From assembly GCA_964016885.1 (NCBI GenBank), contig OZ024744.1, positions 99,138,001 to 99,202,000 of the forward strand: a stretch of DNA of 64,000 bases, read 5' to 3'. Of the stretch, positions 24,473-38,401 are shown piece by piece; the first letter of the stretch is position 1; every line of letters starts with the position of its first letter. The notes beneath the pieces were generated by a model. The model worked only from the letters and a program-made list of their open reading frames with translations, was not told the origin of the DNA and searched no databases. The translations under genes and the position numbers were made by a program. This DNA is from Eledone cirrhosa (Eukaryota).

Positions 24473-25133
24473 AAGGTATATATTGAGTTAGAAACTCAAA
24501 ATAGTCTCTTACAATAAAATAGCTCTAGGAAAGAGATTTTTCCAAGCCGTATATTATAATTAAATATAAAAGAAAAACGAACACAGACATATACATATAT
24601 GTGTTCAAATCGCAAGGGACCTGATTCGCTAAGGTGAAAAGAATACTAACTATAGACAATAGGGTTTGCTTGTCTCAATTTAAGAATAAATCAAGAAAAT
24701 AAATACAAACCGGAATTGTGGTAACTATCACAATAGTGTGCGTATATATAACAATGCACATGGTATCTGAACTTAGCGTGTCTCACAAACTTAGCGCGTC
24801 TCGAATAAACCTGGCTGCTATTTTTAGTGGTGTAAACTATTCAGTTTCTTAATATACTTAGAAGTGTCTAGGATACTAATTCTTCACCCACTGATGAGCA
24901 AGAATTGGCATTCCTATTCACAATTAATTTTGCGAAACAGCAGTAACAAAAGCTGTCTGGGTGATTGGTAGTTACCACAATTCCGGTTTGTATTTATTTT
25001 CTTGATTTATTCTTAACTTGAGACAGGCAAACCCTATTGTCCATAGTTAGTATTCTTTTCACCTTAGCGAATCTGGTCCCTTACGATTTGAACACATATA
25101 TGTATAAATCTGTGTTCGTCTTTCTTTTATATT
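24470..25133 (+). mobile_element. HHR element with ~170-bp inverted arms
   Basis: About 24563-24731 is the reverse complement of about 24961-25132. Confidence 0.8.
24884..24964 (+). ncRNA. Canonical type I hammerhead
   Basis: tcaccca-CTGATGA-gcaagaatt..aattttgc-GAAA-cagc(loop)gctg-TC-tgggtga; GUC site at 24955-24957. Confidence 0.9.
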
Positions 25134-25134
25134 C

Positions 25135-25620
25135 AATCAGGATAGCGATCAAAAGTTTACCCTAAAATGGGAAAAATTAGCTAAAACCCAAAGCTTTTCC
25201 AGGAGCCAAAATTTCTGCAAATTGTGTAATCTTGAGATTTATTACATAATCACACACAAGAAGAAACTGCTGAATAACAGAATTGAACGAACATTATTCT
25301 GCCGTCACAGAACTAAAACCCTTTTTTCCCACTACAAGCCGAATATTACATAAAAGAGGGACATCCCCCAACTATATAAACCTTAATCTAGTTAGAAAAA
25401 TATAAAAACAATCTCTTCTCAACATATATTAATAACCTTAAATTACCATACTAATAATGGAAAGATATGCTGATGAGAATAGGTGCAAATATGCGATAAT
25501 GAATGTGTCTAAAAACGTCCATAAGTATGTATATATATGTGAAAATGTATATAAATAAGTAAATATATATATATGTTTGATGTGTATAGTTAGATGTAAG
25601 TGTATTCATGTATTAAAGTG

Positions 25621-25677
<57 letters not shown>

Positions 25678-26501
25678 ATGTATGTATGTGTATATAGATG
25701 TGTATGTATGTGTATGTGTGTACACATGGACTAGAGTATGTTTGTATATATGTGTATGTCTATACGTGTGTATATAAAGATAAGTTGAGTATGAAAATGT
25801 ATACACATGAGCGCGTATGTATGTACATGAATACATGTGTGTATATATATGTGTATGCATGTGTATATATATATGTAAGTATGAATATGTGAATTGTGAG
25901 TATATGTATTTTGTAGAGGTGTGCAAATATATGTGTGTATGAATGCGTGGGTGAAAGGATACGTACACTTGAAAGAAAAATTTAAGTCTGAATGTTAATT
26001 AAGTGCAAATACAAAACCAACCACGCATATCTTTACTATCTCTAATCCTTCTATAGATTTAGAAAAATAACCAATAATATATTCTATAAAAAATGTCAAA
26101 ACAACAGATGGGAATCTAATTACTCACTGCCACCAAGAATTCTCACTGAAAACCACTCCTTCAACTATTCTTCTAACAACTTCACCCCTCCCTCCTAATA
26201 TTCTCTATAAAAACTAAATAGGTCCTCAGTAATATTATTCTGATGAAATGACAGTAAATAATAACATTGAAATATTGAATGTCTGCATAACTAAAAGTTT
26301 GTAGATAGCAGCTGTTTTAGGTTATGTAACTGTTATAGAAACACGTGTCAATAAATTCCTTTCAACTAAACTGTATCCATTCAAATCTTTCTATTTTTCT
26401 CCGGATTACTTTTGGAACTACAACTGGAACCGTCGAGCAAACTCTACGTGAGCTGATAATCTACTGTGTGTAATATTTATATTACAACACAACGGAAAAT
26501 A

Positions 26502-26505
<4 letters not shown>
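25135..26505 (+). mobile_element. Penelope-like 3' fragment (GIY-YIG C-terminus + 3' UTR)
   Basis: FTLKWEKLAK..S.SQNFCKLCNLE.YYI...LLN.R.E...CRHR, stop near 25352; resembles the C-terminus of ORF 5199-5600. Confidence 0.75.
26235..26354 (+). ncRNA. Type I hammerhead with extended stem II
   Basis: ttatt-CTGATGA-a-atgacagt..(about 70 nt)..actgttat-a-GAAA-cacgtg-TC-aataa. Confidence 0.75.
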
Positions 26506-26544
<39 letters not shown>

Positions 26545-26548
<4 letters not shown>

Positions 26549-27165
26549 CGCAAATGGCAAAGCATAAATGAATTGAGAAAGAGACTGAGCATAAGAGGAA
26601 TCAAATGCTGTGTGCAGGAGAGGCGGTTGCGTTGGTATGGACATGTGATGCGTATGAAGGATGACAGCTGTGGAAAAAGGTGCAGAGCACTAGAAGTCAA
26701 TGAAAACCGCGGAGTGGGGAGATCCAAGATGACCTGGGATGAGGTGATAAAAGCCGACCATACCCAATTACACCTCTCAAAGGCAATGACACATAACCGT
26801 GACCTCTGGCGTCATGCAGTAATACAGAAGACCCGACCCCCCACGGGTACAAGCTGAAGCTGAAGCATATAGACAATATGACCCCACACCCTCCCACTGC
26901 AAAGTGGTCGTGGAGGTGCCACGGCAAAAAAGCACCCAGCCCACACTGTAAAGTGGACGTGTAGGCGCCACAGAAAAAAAGCCCCCAGCACTCACTGTAA
27001 ATGAGGTTGATGTTAGGAAGGGCATCCAGCTGTAGAGATCAAACCAGAATCAGTTCCTGTATGAGCAAGACAAGGTCAGCCGACCGGACACTGCCCACAA
27101 CAGGACAACCCATCTAACCAATGCTAGTGTGGAAGAACGGATGTAAAACGGTGATGATGATGATG

Positions 27166-27166
<1 letters not shown>
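26545..27166 (+). mobile_element. RTE LINE 3' fragment
   Basis: RRLRWYGHVMRM..DLWR plus (GAT)n tail. Confidence 0.9.
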
Positions 27167-27200
<34 letters not shown>

Positions 27201-27272
27201 TACACACATATATATATATGAATAAGCCTGTTTTTTCTCAAAGAATTTTTTTTCGTTTCTGCTATAGTTCAC

Positions 27273-27308
27273 TCTTCTGCTGAAAGACTAGCGTCCGAAA
27301 CTTTAAGA
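27273..27308 (+). ncRNA. Decayed minimal hammerhead
   Basis: tctt-CTGCTGA-aagac(tagc)gtcc-GAAA-cttt-aaga; homolog of 22547. Confidence 0.5.
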
Positions 27309-27627
27309 CTCTTTTCTTTCTATATCAAACGTAAAACTAATATATTTCTTCATTGTACTGTGCCGTTTGCTTTGTCATTTTGTTTACCTTTTGCATATAT
27401 ATATATATTTGTTTTGCAAGGTTTTTGATATGAAATCGTGTGTTGAAACAAATATTGTTATATTTGGGGAGGGTCATATTGTTATAATATTGCCAGAAAT
27501 AATAATAAAACACACTCATTGTTTGGTTTGGATTGGTTTTCGCTTCTGTATATTTTATATCTCTATAGTTAATTTAGCTGGCAATCCGCTTAAAAATATA
27601 AATATAAATATATATATATATAGTCAA

Positions 27628-27667
27628 TCAAAGTTCTTTCACCACACACCTGTGACATCATCAGTGG
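27628..27667 (-). ncRNA. Minimal hammerhead in pLTR copy 27445-27750
   Basis: CTGATGA-t-gtcac..gtggt-GAAA-gaac-TT. Confidence 0.6.
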
Positions 27668-27804
27668 CACTATTATGTTTCCTCTCCTTTTATTGTAATG
27701 TCTATTCCATTTTTTTTTGTGATCTGGTGGTGGAACAGTACGGTAGATAGGGCCATTAGAGACAACATAGAATGCTTGGAAAAATGTTGGGAGTAGAGAA
27801 TGAT

Positions 27805-29598
27805 ACACAGTCGCTTAAGGAGGCCTGGAAATGTCATTATGAGAGACTGATGAATGTGGAGAACGAATGGGAGAGAGAGAAATTACCCCCAGTAGACCCC
27901 CTGACAGAGAGACCAGCTATTGAGATTGACGAGTATAGGGTCCAAGAGGCGATTAAGGAAATTAAAAATGGTAAGGCCGCTGGACTGTCGGGAATAGTTG
28001 CTGAGATGCTGAAGGCATCATGGGACGAAGGCACTAAACTGGTTGCACGCATCATCAATCAGGCTATATATGGTGGTGTCATACCCAAAGACTGGTGCAA
28101 CAGTTTTCTCATAAATTGTTACAAAGGTAAAGGTGATGCTCTGGAGAGGAGCAATTATAGGGGCATAAAGCTGATGGATCAGGTTATGAAAGTGGCAGAG
28201 AGAATATTAGCGCAACTGATTAGGGAAAGGGTCAAATTAGATGAGATGCAGTTTGGTTTTAAGCCTGGGAAAAGTACAACATATGCCCTCTTCTTTGTGA
28301 GACAACTACAAGAGAGGTTCTTATAGAAGAATAAGCCACTATACTTAGCTTTTGTTGACCTAGAGAAGGCCTTTGATAGAGTATCCCGATCTGTCATCTG
28401 GTGGTCCCTAAGGAAACTAGTTGTAGAGGAATGGCTTGTGAGGACAGTGCAAGCTATGTATAGAGGTGCTGTCAGTAAAGTGAGAGTAGGAATGGAGTTT
28501 AGTGAGGAATTCCAGATACAAGTAGGAGTACATCAAGGTTTGGTCCTCAGCCTGCTCTTGTTCATTATAGTCCTCCAAGCCATAACAGAGGAGTTTAAGA
28601 CTGGCTGCTCATGGGAACTTCTCTATGCTGATGATCTGGTTCTTATAGCAGAATCAGTAGAGGAGCCAGAGAAGAAATTCTGGCTATGGAAACAGCTGTT
28701 GGAATCAAGAGGACTGAGAGTGAACATAGCTAAGTAGAAAAGAGGACAAAACTCTGATTCCATCAGGGAAATGGCCATGTTCGATAAGTAGAAAAGGAAA
28801 TGGCATAAATTCTATAAAATGTACACAATGCAGGTCTTAGGTGCACAAGAGATGTAATGGGATAGCAGGCAAACTAACAGGTAGGGAAAACTATGTATGC
28901 AGTAGATGTACAGGGAAATTTGACAGTAGTAATCGCAGTGATAGACACATTTTTCCAATGCAGGTGGGTTCTTAAGAAGTGGTTGATAGCTTTCGGTACC
29001 TAGGTGATCAGATTAGCACGGTAGGGGGGGTGTTCCGAGGCCATAGTATCTAGAATAAGGATGGGTTGGAAGCAGTTTAGGGAGCTGCTTCCTCTGTTGA
29101 CATAGAAGGTTTCTCCTTGAGTACGAAAGGCCGTTTATATGATGCCTGTGTGAGATGCGCGATGCTGCATGGTAGTGAGACATGGGCAGCAACTATGGAG
29201 GATATGTGACGGCTGGAGAGAAATGAAGCAAGCATGCTCCGTTGGATGTACAATGTCAATGTGCGTGAAAGACCAAGCATAGATGAGTTGAGAAAGAGAC
29301 TGTGTATAAGAGGGATAAGTTGTGGTGTGCAGGAGAGAAGACTGAGATGGTATGGACATGTGATGCACATGGAGGATGACCACTGGGTAAAGTAGTGCCA
29401 AGAAATGCCAGTAGAAGGAAGACACAGTCGAGGAAGACCATAAAAAATATGGGCGGAGGGGGTGAGAGCAGACCTCAGATCGCTGAAGCTCACGGAGGAG
29501 ATGACGAAGGACCGTGACAAGTGGAGAGATACTGTGTTGAATAGGCCCCATCTCACACTTGCAAGCAGGGAAAAGCGGACATAAAATGATGATGATGT
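27805..29598 (+). mobile_element. Degraded 5'-truncated RTE LINE (second subfamily)
   Basis: NYRGIKL, QFGF, VHQG, YADD; multiple stops; (GAT)n tail. Confidence 0.9.
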
Positions 29599-29617
29599 TG
29601 ATATATATATATACATA

Positions 29618-29945
29618 TGGAGGCACATGGCTTAGTTGTTAGAGCATTGGCCTTGCAATCGAAAGGTTGTGAGTTCAATTCTCAGACCGGGTGTTGTGTT
29701 GTTTCCTTGAGCAAGACACTTTATTTCACATTGCTCCAGTTTGCTCAGCTGTAGAAATGAGATGATAGGGATTGGGGTCCCTATCATTCCACTGCAAAGG
29801 ATGTGAAGGTGCCACGGCAAAAAAGCACTCAGCACTCACTGTAAATGAGGTTGGTGTTAGGAAGGGCATCCAGCTGTAGAAATCAAGCCAGAATCAGTTC
29901 CCGTCCCACCCTTGCAAGCAGGGAAAAGCGGACGTAAAATGATGA
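29618..29945 (+). mobile_element. tRNA-derived SINE with RTE-shared 3' end
   Basis: A/B boxes; its 3' end cttgcaagcagggaaaagcggac matches the adjacent LINE end. Confidence 0.85.
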
Positions 29946-30009
29946 AAAAAAAAATATATATATGTATATATACACAGAAATGACTTGAATTTTTATTTCA
30001 TTGTTTTAA

Positions 30010-30126
<117 letters not shown>

Positions 30127-30188
30127 CAGTGAGTGTGTTCTGTTATTAATTCTGGCAATATTACACAAATATGAACCTCCCCAAGTAT

Positions 30189-30261
<73 letters not shown>

Positions 30262-30303
30262 CAGAAGAAATTAAAAGATGGTTAAACAGTTCCATATATT
30301 TTA

Positions 30304-30365
30304 TTATTATGTGCATTTCGAAAACAACATCACCCTGGGACAAAAATTGTGTTCTCATCAGATAA
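30304..30365 (-). ncRNA. Type I hammerhead
   Basis: ttat-CTGATGA-gaa.acaa..ttgt.ttc-GAAA-tgcaca-TA-ataa. Confidence 0.6.
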
Positions 30366-30814
30366 AATAAGGTAACATGATAGAGGCCTAAAAACACTTG
30401 TGAACAAGAAAGTGTCCAGTCTACATATGACAAAAATATAAGAGAAGAGAAAATAGGAAAAATGAAGAAAAGGAAAGAAGAAGGAAAAAGGAAAAAAGAA
30501 ATAGAAGAGAGGAAAAAAGAAAGAAAGAAGGAGGAGAGAGAAAGAGAAAGAGAAAGAGAGAGAGAGAGAGATACTTTTGATCGTGAACGCTGTCAAAAAT
30601 GAAAAAAACAGCTGTGAATAACGGCTAAAAAAATATAATAATAATAAAAAATAATAAAAAATAATAAAAATAATAAAAATAAAAAAATAAAAAAATAAAT
30701 AAATTGATGAGTGAATGTGCTAATATACAAATAATAGATGTCTAGAATAAAGAGACTGGGTATATTATTTAATATTGGGTTTGAATACTAAAAATTGGAA
30801 GTGTAAAAATGTAT

Positions 30815-31036
30815 TAATAAAATAAAAATAAAATAAAATAAAATAAAATAAAATAAAATAAAATAAAATAAAATAAAATAAAATAAAATAAAATAAAATA
30901 AAATAAAATAAAATAAAATAAAATAAAATAAAATAAAATAAAATAAAATAAAATAAAATAAAATAAAATAAAATAAAATAAAATAAAATAAAATAAAATA
31001 AAATAAAATAAAATAAAATAAAATAAAATAAAATAA
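30815..31036. repeat. (AAAAT)n microsatellite
   Basis: Direct inspection. Confidence 0.95.
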
Positions 31037-31294
31037 GATAGACTAGAATAAAAGATAAAAATAAGAATAGTCTATTTATGTCAAAATTAAAAATTACTAT
31101 TAAAAATTTATATATGAGGGGTTATTTATCTTATATATGCATAGTTTTATTGTTCTACAATATTACTCACCTCCTACATACATATACATATATCTCTCTC
31201 TCTCTATATATATATAATTAAAATTAAAAGATATATATATACATAACAAGTAATAATATTAAATTTGAAGACTAAAATCCAAAGAGGGCTCGAT

Positions 31295-31347
31295 AAGTTT
31301 CAGAAGATCCCGTTAAGGGTGAAAGCAGCGATTCTTGGCTTAAATTT
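31295..31347 (+). ncRNA. Decayed hammerhead (CAGAAGA core)
   Basis: aagttt-CAGAAGA-t-ccc(gttaa)ggg-t-GAAA-gc..gc-TT-aaattt; family of 32770-32960. Confidence 0.5.
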
Positions 31348-31394
31348 TAATCTGTTATTTTAATAAATATATACATATATATATATATGTATAT

Positions 31395-31690
31395 AGCTAT
31401 GGTGTGGCCACTCTTAGAATTTGCATCACCAGTATGGAACCCCTATCTTGCTCAGAATATTGACCTCCTGGAAACTGTTCAGAGACAAGCAACCAAGCGA
31501 ATACCCTCCACCAGACTCTGAACGCCTTTCTTCCCTGGGCATGGATACATTGAAGCTCTAATGTCTGTCAACTGACTTGGTAAACACCCATAAAATTATT
31601 AACCATCTTGCCAACAACAACCCTGAGCACCTTTTTGATTTCCATGTGTCTAACACACGTGGGCATGCCTACAAAGTCAGTAAACAGCTC
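31395..31690 (+). mobile_element. CR1-like LINE 3' fragment
   Basis: LEFASPVWNPYL..IDLLETVQRQATKRIP...NTRGH. Confidence 0.85.
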
Positions 31691-31863
31691 GTATACAGGA
31701 AACTGACTGGCCAGTCTGCTGATATGCAAATGTGACTGATCAGTGGATCTGCTAATAAACAGATCTGACTGATCAGCCAGTCTGCTAATATATGATCAGT
31801 CATTGTATATTTTAGAAAATATTATATATTTTCACTAGTTCTTACAGTTGGCAGGTGAACAGT

Positions 31864-31913
31864 GAACTGTACTGATGAAGGGTGATACCCAGAAACATTA
31901 GTGTTTGCAGTTC
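31864..31913 (+). ncRNA. Type I hammerhead
   Basis: gaactgta-CTGATGA-a-gggt(gat)accc-a-GAAA-cat(ta)gtg-TT-tgcagttc; stem I is extendable. Confidence 0.85.
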
Positions 31914-32356
31914 TGTTTACATGCGAACACACGAGTAAGAATGAAGAGTTCATTCTACTGACATGGCTTTAAAAATGAGGCTTGTTTGTATAATTGCAAA
32001 TGAATCGAATATTATTATTAATATTCGAAAAACTCAGATTACATTTATATATATATGTATCATCATCATCATCATCGTTTAACGTCCATATTCCACGCTT
32101 GCATGGGTTTGGACGGGAGTTTTCCCACTTGAGGCAAGAGTGGTTGTCTTGCTCGCATAGGACTGTCTGGCGGGTTTTCTACGGCTGGATGCCCTCCCTA
32201 ACACCAACCACATTTACAGTATATGTATATATCTATGAGAAAATACAAATATTTAATTTAAATTATTATTGTTCTGGACAAATGTCCATTGAGTTCTTTT
32301 ATTGAGAAGCACAAAATTCAAGCATATTTGATGTTATGATACCTCACACACACACG

Positions 32357-32388
<32 letters not shown>

Positions 32389-32585
32389 AACAAGAGATTC
32401 ATACATATTTGGATGAAAGGAGTTAAATTTTCCATTGATATTCTGGTTTATATTTGTTCTGTGTTTATAACTACACCTCCTCACTAATACTGTTTTCTTC
32501 TTCTCGTCAAACCTTTATATATTATATTCCTTTGGGAATTGTTTGTATAGTTCTATCTTTGATATATATATATATATATATATTT

Positions 32586-32770
32586 AGAAGAGGTAGAGGT
32601 AGACCACGAAAAACATGGGCGGAGGTGGTGAGAACAGACCTCAGATCATTGAAGCTGACGGTGGAGATGACGAAGGACCGTGACGAGTGGAGAGATGCTG
32701 TGCTGAATAAGACCCGTCCCACCCTTGCAAGCAGGGAAAAGCGGACGTAAAATGATGATGATGATGATGA
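32586..32770 (+). mobile_element. RTE LINE extreme 3' fragment
   Basis: RGRPRKTWAEVV...DRDEWR plus (GAT)n. Confidence 0.85.
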
Positions 32771-32960
32771 TATTTATTAAAATAACAGATTAAAGTTTAA
32801 GCAAAGAATCGCTGCTTTCACCTTAAGCAGCGATTCTTTGCTTAAATTTTAATCTGTTGTTTTAATAAATATTTGTTCTACAGTTCTTATATATTTGATA
32901 TATATTTATCCTTATCGAGCCCTCTTTGGATTTTAGTCTTCAAATTTATTATTATTACTA
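32770..32960 (+). mobile_element. Fold-back mini-element turning at the HHR stem II loop
   Basis: Arms 32770-32817 and 32825-32872; homologous to 31251-31370. Confidence 0.65.
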
Positions 32961-32975
32961 TATATATATATATAT

Positions 32976-33036
32976 ATTTTATCTGATGAAAATATACTGA
33001 AACACTATTGTACCTTTGAAATATGTATAATAAAAT
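32976..33036 (+). ncRNA. Type I hammerhead in TA-flanked element 32976-33185
   Basis: attttat-CTGATGA-...-GAAA-tatgta-TA-ataaaat; same flanks as 13881 and 41673; stem II is weak. Confidence 0.7.
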
Positions 33037-33183
33037 ATATACTTTGGTTATGATAATATTTCTCATTTATTAATATTTTGAATAATATTATAGATACTCC
33101 AGATAAATTTTTGTTGAGTGCTTCTAATCTATTGTAAAATTGAATTCGTTGAATAATCAACGAACCATAATATAAACTTTTGG

Positions 33184-33238
<55 letters not shown>

Positions 33239-33306
33239 CACACATACATTTATGTATACGTAATAATGTATGTATTTGTGTATAGATAACAATGTATATG
33301 TATATA

Positions 33307-33478
33307 CAGGTAAAATTCCGTTATAACGAAGACCATCATAATGAATTTTCAGTATAACGAAATTTTTTTCAATCCCCGGCCACACGCTCGATGTGTTAGG
33401 TTGATCTCGTTATAAAGAATTTTTCGTTACAACGAATTTTTTTATACCCGTGAATTTCGTTATAACAGAATTTCACTG
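33307..33478. mobile_element. pogo/Tigger-like MITE
   Basis: TIRs caggtaaaattccgttataacga and tcgttataacagaatttcactg, with TA flanks. Confidence 0.7.
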
Positions 33479-33621
33479 AATATATAGATATATATATGTG
33501 TGTGTGTGTGTATAAAAAACAATATATATATTTGTGTATAAATACAAACGAAATGTAGCCGGAATCAGTTGTCGAACTTGGCATCTCAAATACATTGCAG
33601 TTGCATTATTATATAACTCTA

Positions 33622-34024
33622 GAGTTACGTCTCTTTATGATCTGAGTTCAAATCCCGCTGAGGTTAACTTTGCCTTTCATCCTTACGGGATCGATAAAAT
33701 AAAGTACCAGTAATACACTGAGTAAAAATTGCTGGCCTTGTGCCAAAAGTAGAAACAATTATTATATAACTCTTTGGATACGAAACTGCCCCTGGCTATA
33801 ATACAAAGCTAGTTTAAAGTGTTTATATATTTAACTATAAAAAAAACCTTCCATCATAATTTTATGTAAGAACCTCTGTTAAGTAATATTCCTAGTTTAA
33901 TAATGACACACAAATACACACACAATAATAATTGTTTCTACTTTAGGCACAAGGCCAGCAATAACCCAGTGCATTACTGGTACTTTATTTTATCGACCCC
34001 GTAAGGATGAAAGGCAAAGTCAAC
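33622..34024. mobile_element. Two OK-like SINEs (33622-33757 +, 33931-34024 -)
   Basis: Family sequence; TSDs attattatataactct and gacacacaaatacacacac. Confidence 0.8.
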
Positions 34025-34224
34025 GACACACAAATACACACACACAATATGGCAAGGAATAGATTTTAAAGAAAAATTCGGAATATAGCATTTATTAGAA
34101 TAATATAGAGCAGTCAGGTGATAGAAGCAGTCAGTCCACTTCTTAACCCAGAAATGCTGCAATAATGCGACAGTCGCAGGAATTTTTGCTTGCAATAAAA
34201 GAAAACTGTTGAAGAGGAAAACAT

Positions 34225-35235
<1,011 letters not shown>

Positions 35236-35238
35236 CTT

Positions 35239-36631
35239 CTACCAACCAGCCAACCACCCAACCAGCCTACCTGATTACCTATCTACCAAACTAGCTACCA
35301 GCCAGCCAACTATCCAACCAACCAACCTGCCTACCTACCTACCAAACTACCTACCAACCAGCCAACAAACCTACCTACCTACTAACCAAACTGCCTACCT
35401 ACCTACCAACCAACCTACCTGCCTATCTACCTACCAACCTACCAACCTACCTACCTACTTACCTACCTACCTACCTACCTACCTACCTACCAACCTACCT
35501 GCCTATCTATCTACCAACCTACCAACCTACCTACCTACTTACCTACCTACCTACCTACCTACCTACCTACCTACCTACCTATCTACCAACCTAGATACCT
35601 ACTTATATACCAACCTAGCTACCTACCTACCTACCTACCTACCTACCTAGCTACCTACCTACCTTCCAACCTACCTACCAACCTACCTACCTACCTATCT
35701 ACCAAGCTACCAACCTAACTAGCTACCAACCTACCTACCTACGAACCTACCAACCTATCAACTTACCAACCAATCTACCAACCTACCTACCAACCTACCT
35801 ACCAACCTACCTACCAACCTACCTACCTACCAACCTACCTACCTACCTACCTACCTACCTACCTACCTACCTACCTACCTACCTACCTACCTACCTACCA
35901 ACCTACCTACCTACCAACCTATCAACTTACCAACCAATCTTCCAACCTACCTACCAACCTACCTACCTACCAACCTATCAACTTACCAACCAATCTACCT
36001 ACCTACCTACCTACCTACCTACCTACCTACCTACCTACCAACCTACCTACCTACCTACCTACCTACCTACCTACCAACCTACCTACCTACCAACCTACCT
36101 ACCTACCAACCTATCAACTTACCAACCAATCTACCAACCTACCTACCAACCTACCTACCAACCTACCTACCAACCTACCAACCTATCAACCTACCAACCA
36201 ATCTACCAACCTACCTACCAACCTACCTACCAACCTACCTACCAACCTACCTACCAACCTACCTACCTACCTACCTACCAACCTACCTACCTACCTACCT
36301 ACCTACCTACCTACCTACCTACCTACCTACCTACCTACCTACCAATCTACCTATCCACCCACTAACCCACCAACCTAGATACTCACGAACCTCGCCACCT
36401 ACCAACCTACCAACCTACCAACCTACCTACCTACCTGCCTACCTACCTACCAACCTACCTACCTACCAACCTAACTAGCTACCAGCCTACCTACCAACCT
36501 TCCAACCGACCTATCAACCTACCTACCTACCTACCTACCTACCTACCTACCTACCTACCTACCTACCTACCTACCTACCTACCTACCTACCTTCCTACCA
36601 ACCTACCAACCTTCCTACCTACCTATCTACC
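35239..36631. repeat. Degenerate (CCTA)n array
   Basis: Direct inspection. Confidence 0.95.
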
Positions 36632-38401
36632 AGATGTCCCGCAGCGGGACATCTAGATCGTATTTAGACAGGTTCTTTATTAGAGAGAGAGAGAGAGACA
36701 AGAAGATGTTAAGCTGTCCACGAATGCACCTGGTTGCCTATTCAGACCACAAACTAGTCATCTGCATAGTCAACCGTGATAGAATACATAGACAAGGAGC
36801 CGGATAGTGGAAGCTGAACGTGCCGCTACCGACACGTAAAGCCTACAGTGAACGGATAAGTAGATTAGTTAAGCAACAATTGACGGGAGCCATCGTCAAC
36901 AATAGATGGTGGTACTCCCTCAGGAAAGCAATTAGAGTAGAATCGATAGACTTTAGCAGAGATTTAGCTGTAGAGAGAAACAAAACAGAAACGAAACTAG
37001 TAGCCAAGGTAGAGGAGGCGCTTAGGAGTGGCAACGCAGCTAGAGTGCTAGCAACGAGAACGGCACTGGACCAGTTCTTCGACGCAAAACACGAAGGCTG
37101 CGTGGTCAGAAGTAAATCACGTGCTCTAGGAAACGAGGGAGCGAAAGCTGTTAGCTGGGCCCGACTGGCAGAGGCGAAAAGTGACAACAAGGCCACGATT
37201 CGGTCTTTGAAACACCAAAACGGACGCGTGCTACTTGACGGATGTGCGCGGCCTTTTAGCGGCACTTGGCGCAACTGTTCGAGCAGAGTGGCGGTGCGTC
37301 AAATGGGGCAATGGACTTCGGTTCACACCTCGACGGCGTGCCGCGTCTCTCGAGCATGGACGCCGAGTTCTGCGAAAGACCGATCACAGCCACTGAGATA
37401 CTGGACGCTTTGGGCCGCTGCGGGAAACGCAAATCACCCGGTCTACGAGTTTTACATAGGCATGCCGGACTTGTTCTCTGGCTTCCTCGAAGCCGTCTAC
37501 TGAAACTTGCAGCAGAACGGGAGAATTCCCAGTTCTGCAGGCAGGGGCGTAGTAACGCTGATCAGGAAAGACGAGAACAAGGGGGACGAACTAAGCAACT
37601 TTAGGCCCATAACTCTGCTCAACACAGAGTTAAAGATTTTGGCCAAGGTATTGACAACGAGGTTGGCGCTTGTCGTCAAGAACCTGGTAGGGAAAGCACA
37701 AACGTGTGCATTCCCGACCAGGTCCATACACAATAACCTCCACCTCATGCGATACATCATAGAGAGGGTGGGGTGTAAACCCGGCTTTGGTGGGTCTCTG
37801 ATCAATTTAGATCAGTCTAAGGCGTTCGATAGGGTCGACCATCGATACTTGGAAGCGGTTCTCAAGGCGGCCGGTTTCGGACACGTCTTCAGAGGCTGGA
37901 TCGCCGCAATGCACACCAGCATCTGCTCGATGGTCAAGGTGAACGGCTACCTATCGGAGCCGTTCGCAATCACGCGTTCCATCCGACAGGGGTGCCTTCT
38001 ACCCTCCATTCTGTACGTACTGACCTAGAGCCACTACTGCGGAAGTTGGAGCTACTGCAGGGCATCCCGTTGGAACCGGGACTGCGGAAAGCGGCGGCGG
38101 CTTATCCCGACGAAGCTACAGTAATGGTGTCGGAAACCTCGGAAATCGGGGTGATCGGCAACCTACTGCAGGAATACGAAAGGCTCACAGGAGCAAAACT
38201 GAACCAGGACAAGTCTGTCGGTTTGCAACTCGGAACGTGGAGAGGCAAATCGATGCTATCCGACAGCGTCGTCGGACGCTGGACGGACAGACCGGTGAAA
38301 TTGCTCGGGGTCTGGTTCGGTCCGGTCCTCCAGGTGGAGAAAAACTGGAACGAGGTCACGGCTAAGGTATTTGCGCTCACCCAGAAGTGGGCAGAGTGTA
38401 A
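36632..38401 (+). mobile_element. L1/Tx1-clade LINE ORF2 internal fragment
   Basis: SYLDRFF, SDHKLV, WKLN (APE end); NFRPITLLNTELKILAKVL, DQSKAFDRVDH, RQGC, AYPDE, KLLGVWF; frameshifts and stops. Confidence 0.9.

Noticed and set aside
25468-25520. CTGATGA motif
   Set aside because: No stem II-GAAA-NUH geometry follows.
29618-29700. tRNA gene
   Set aside because: A/B boxes are present but continue into a SINE body; no complete cloverleaf.
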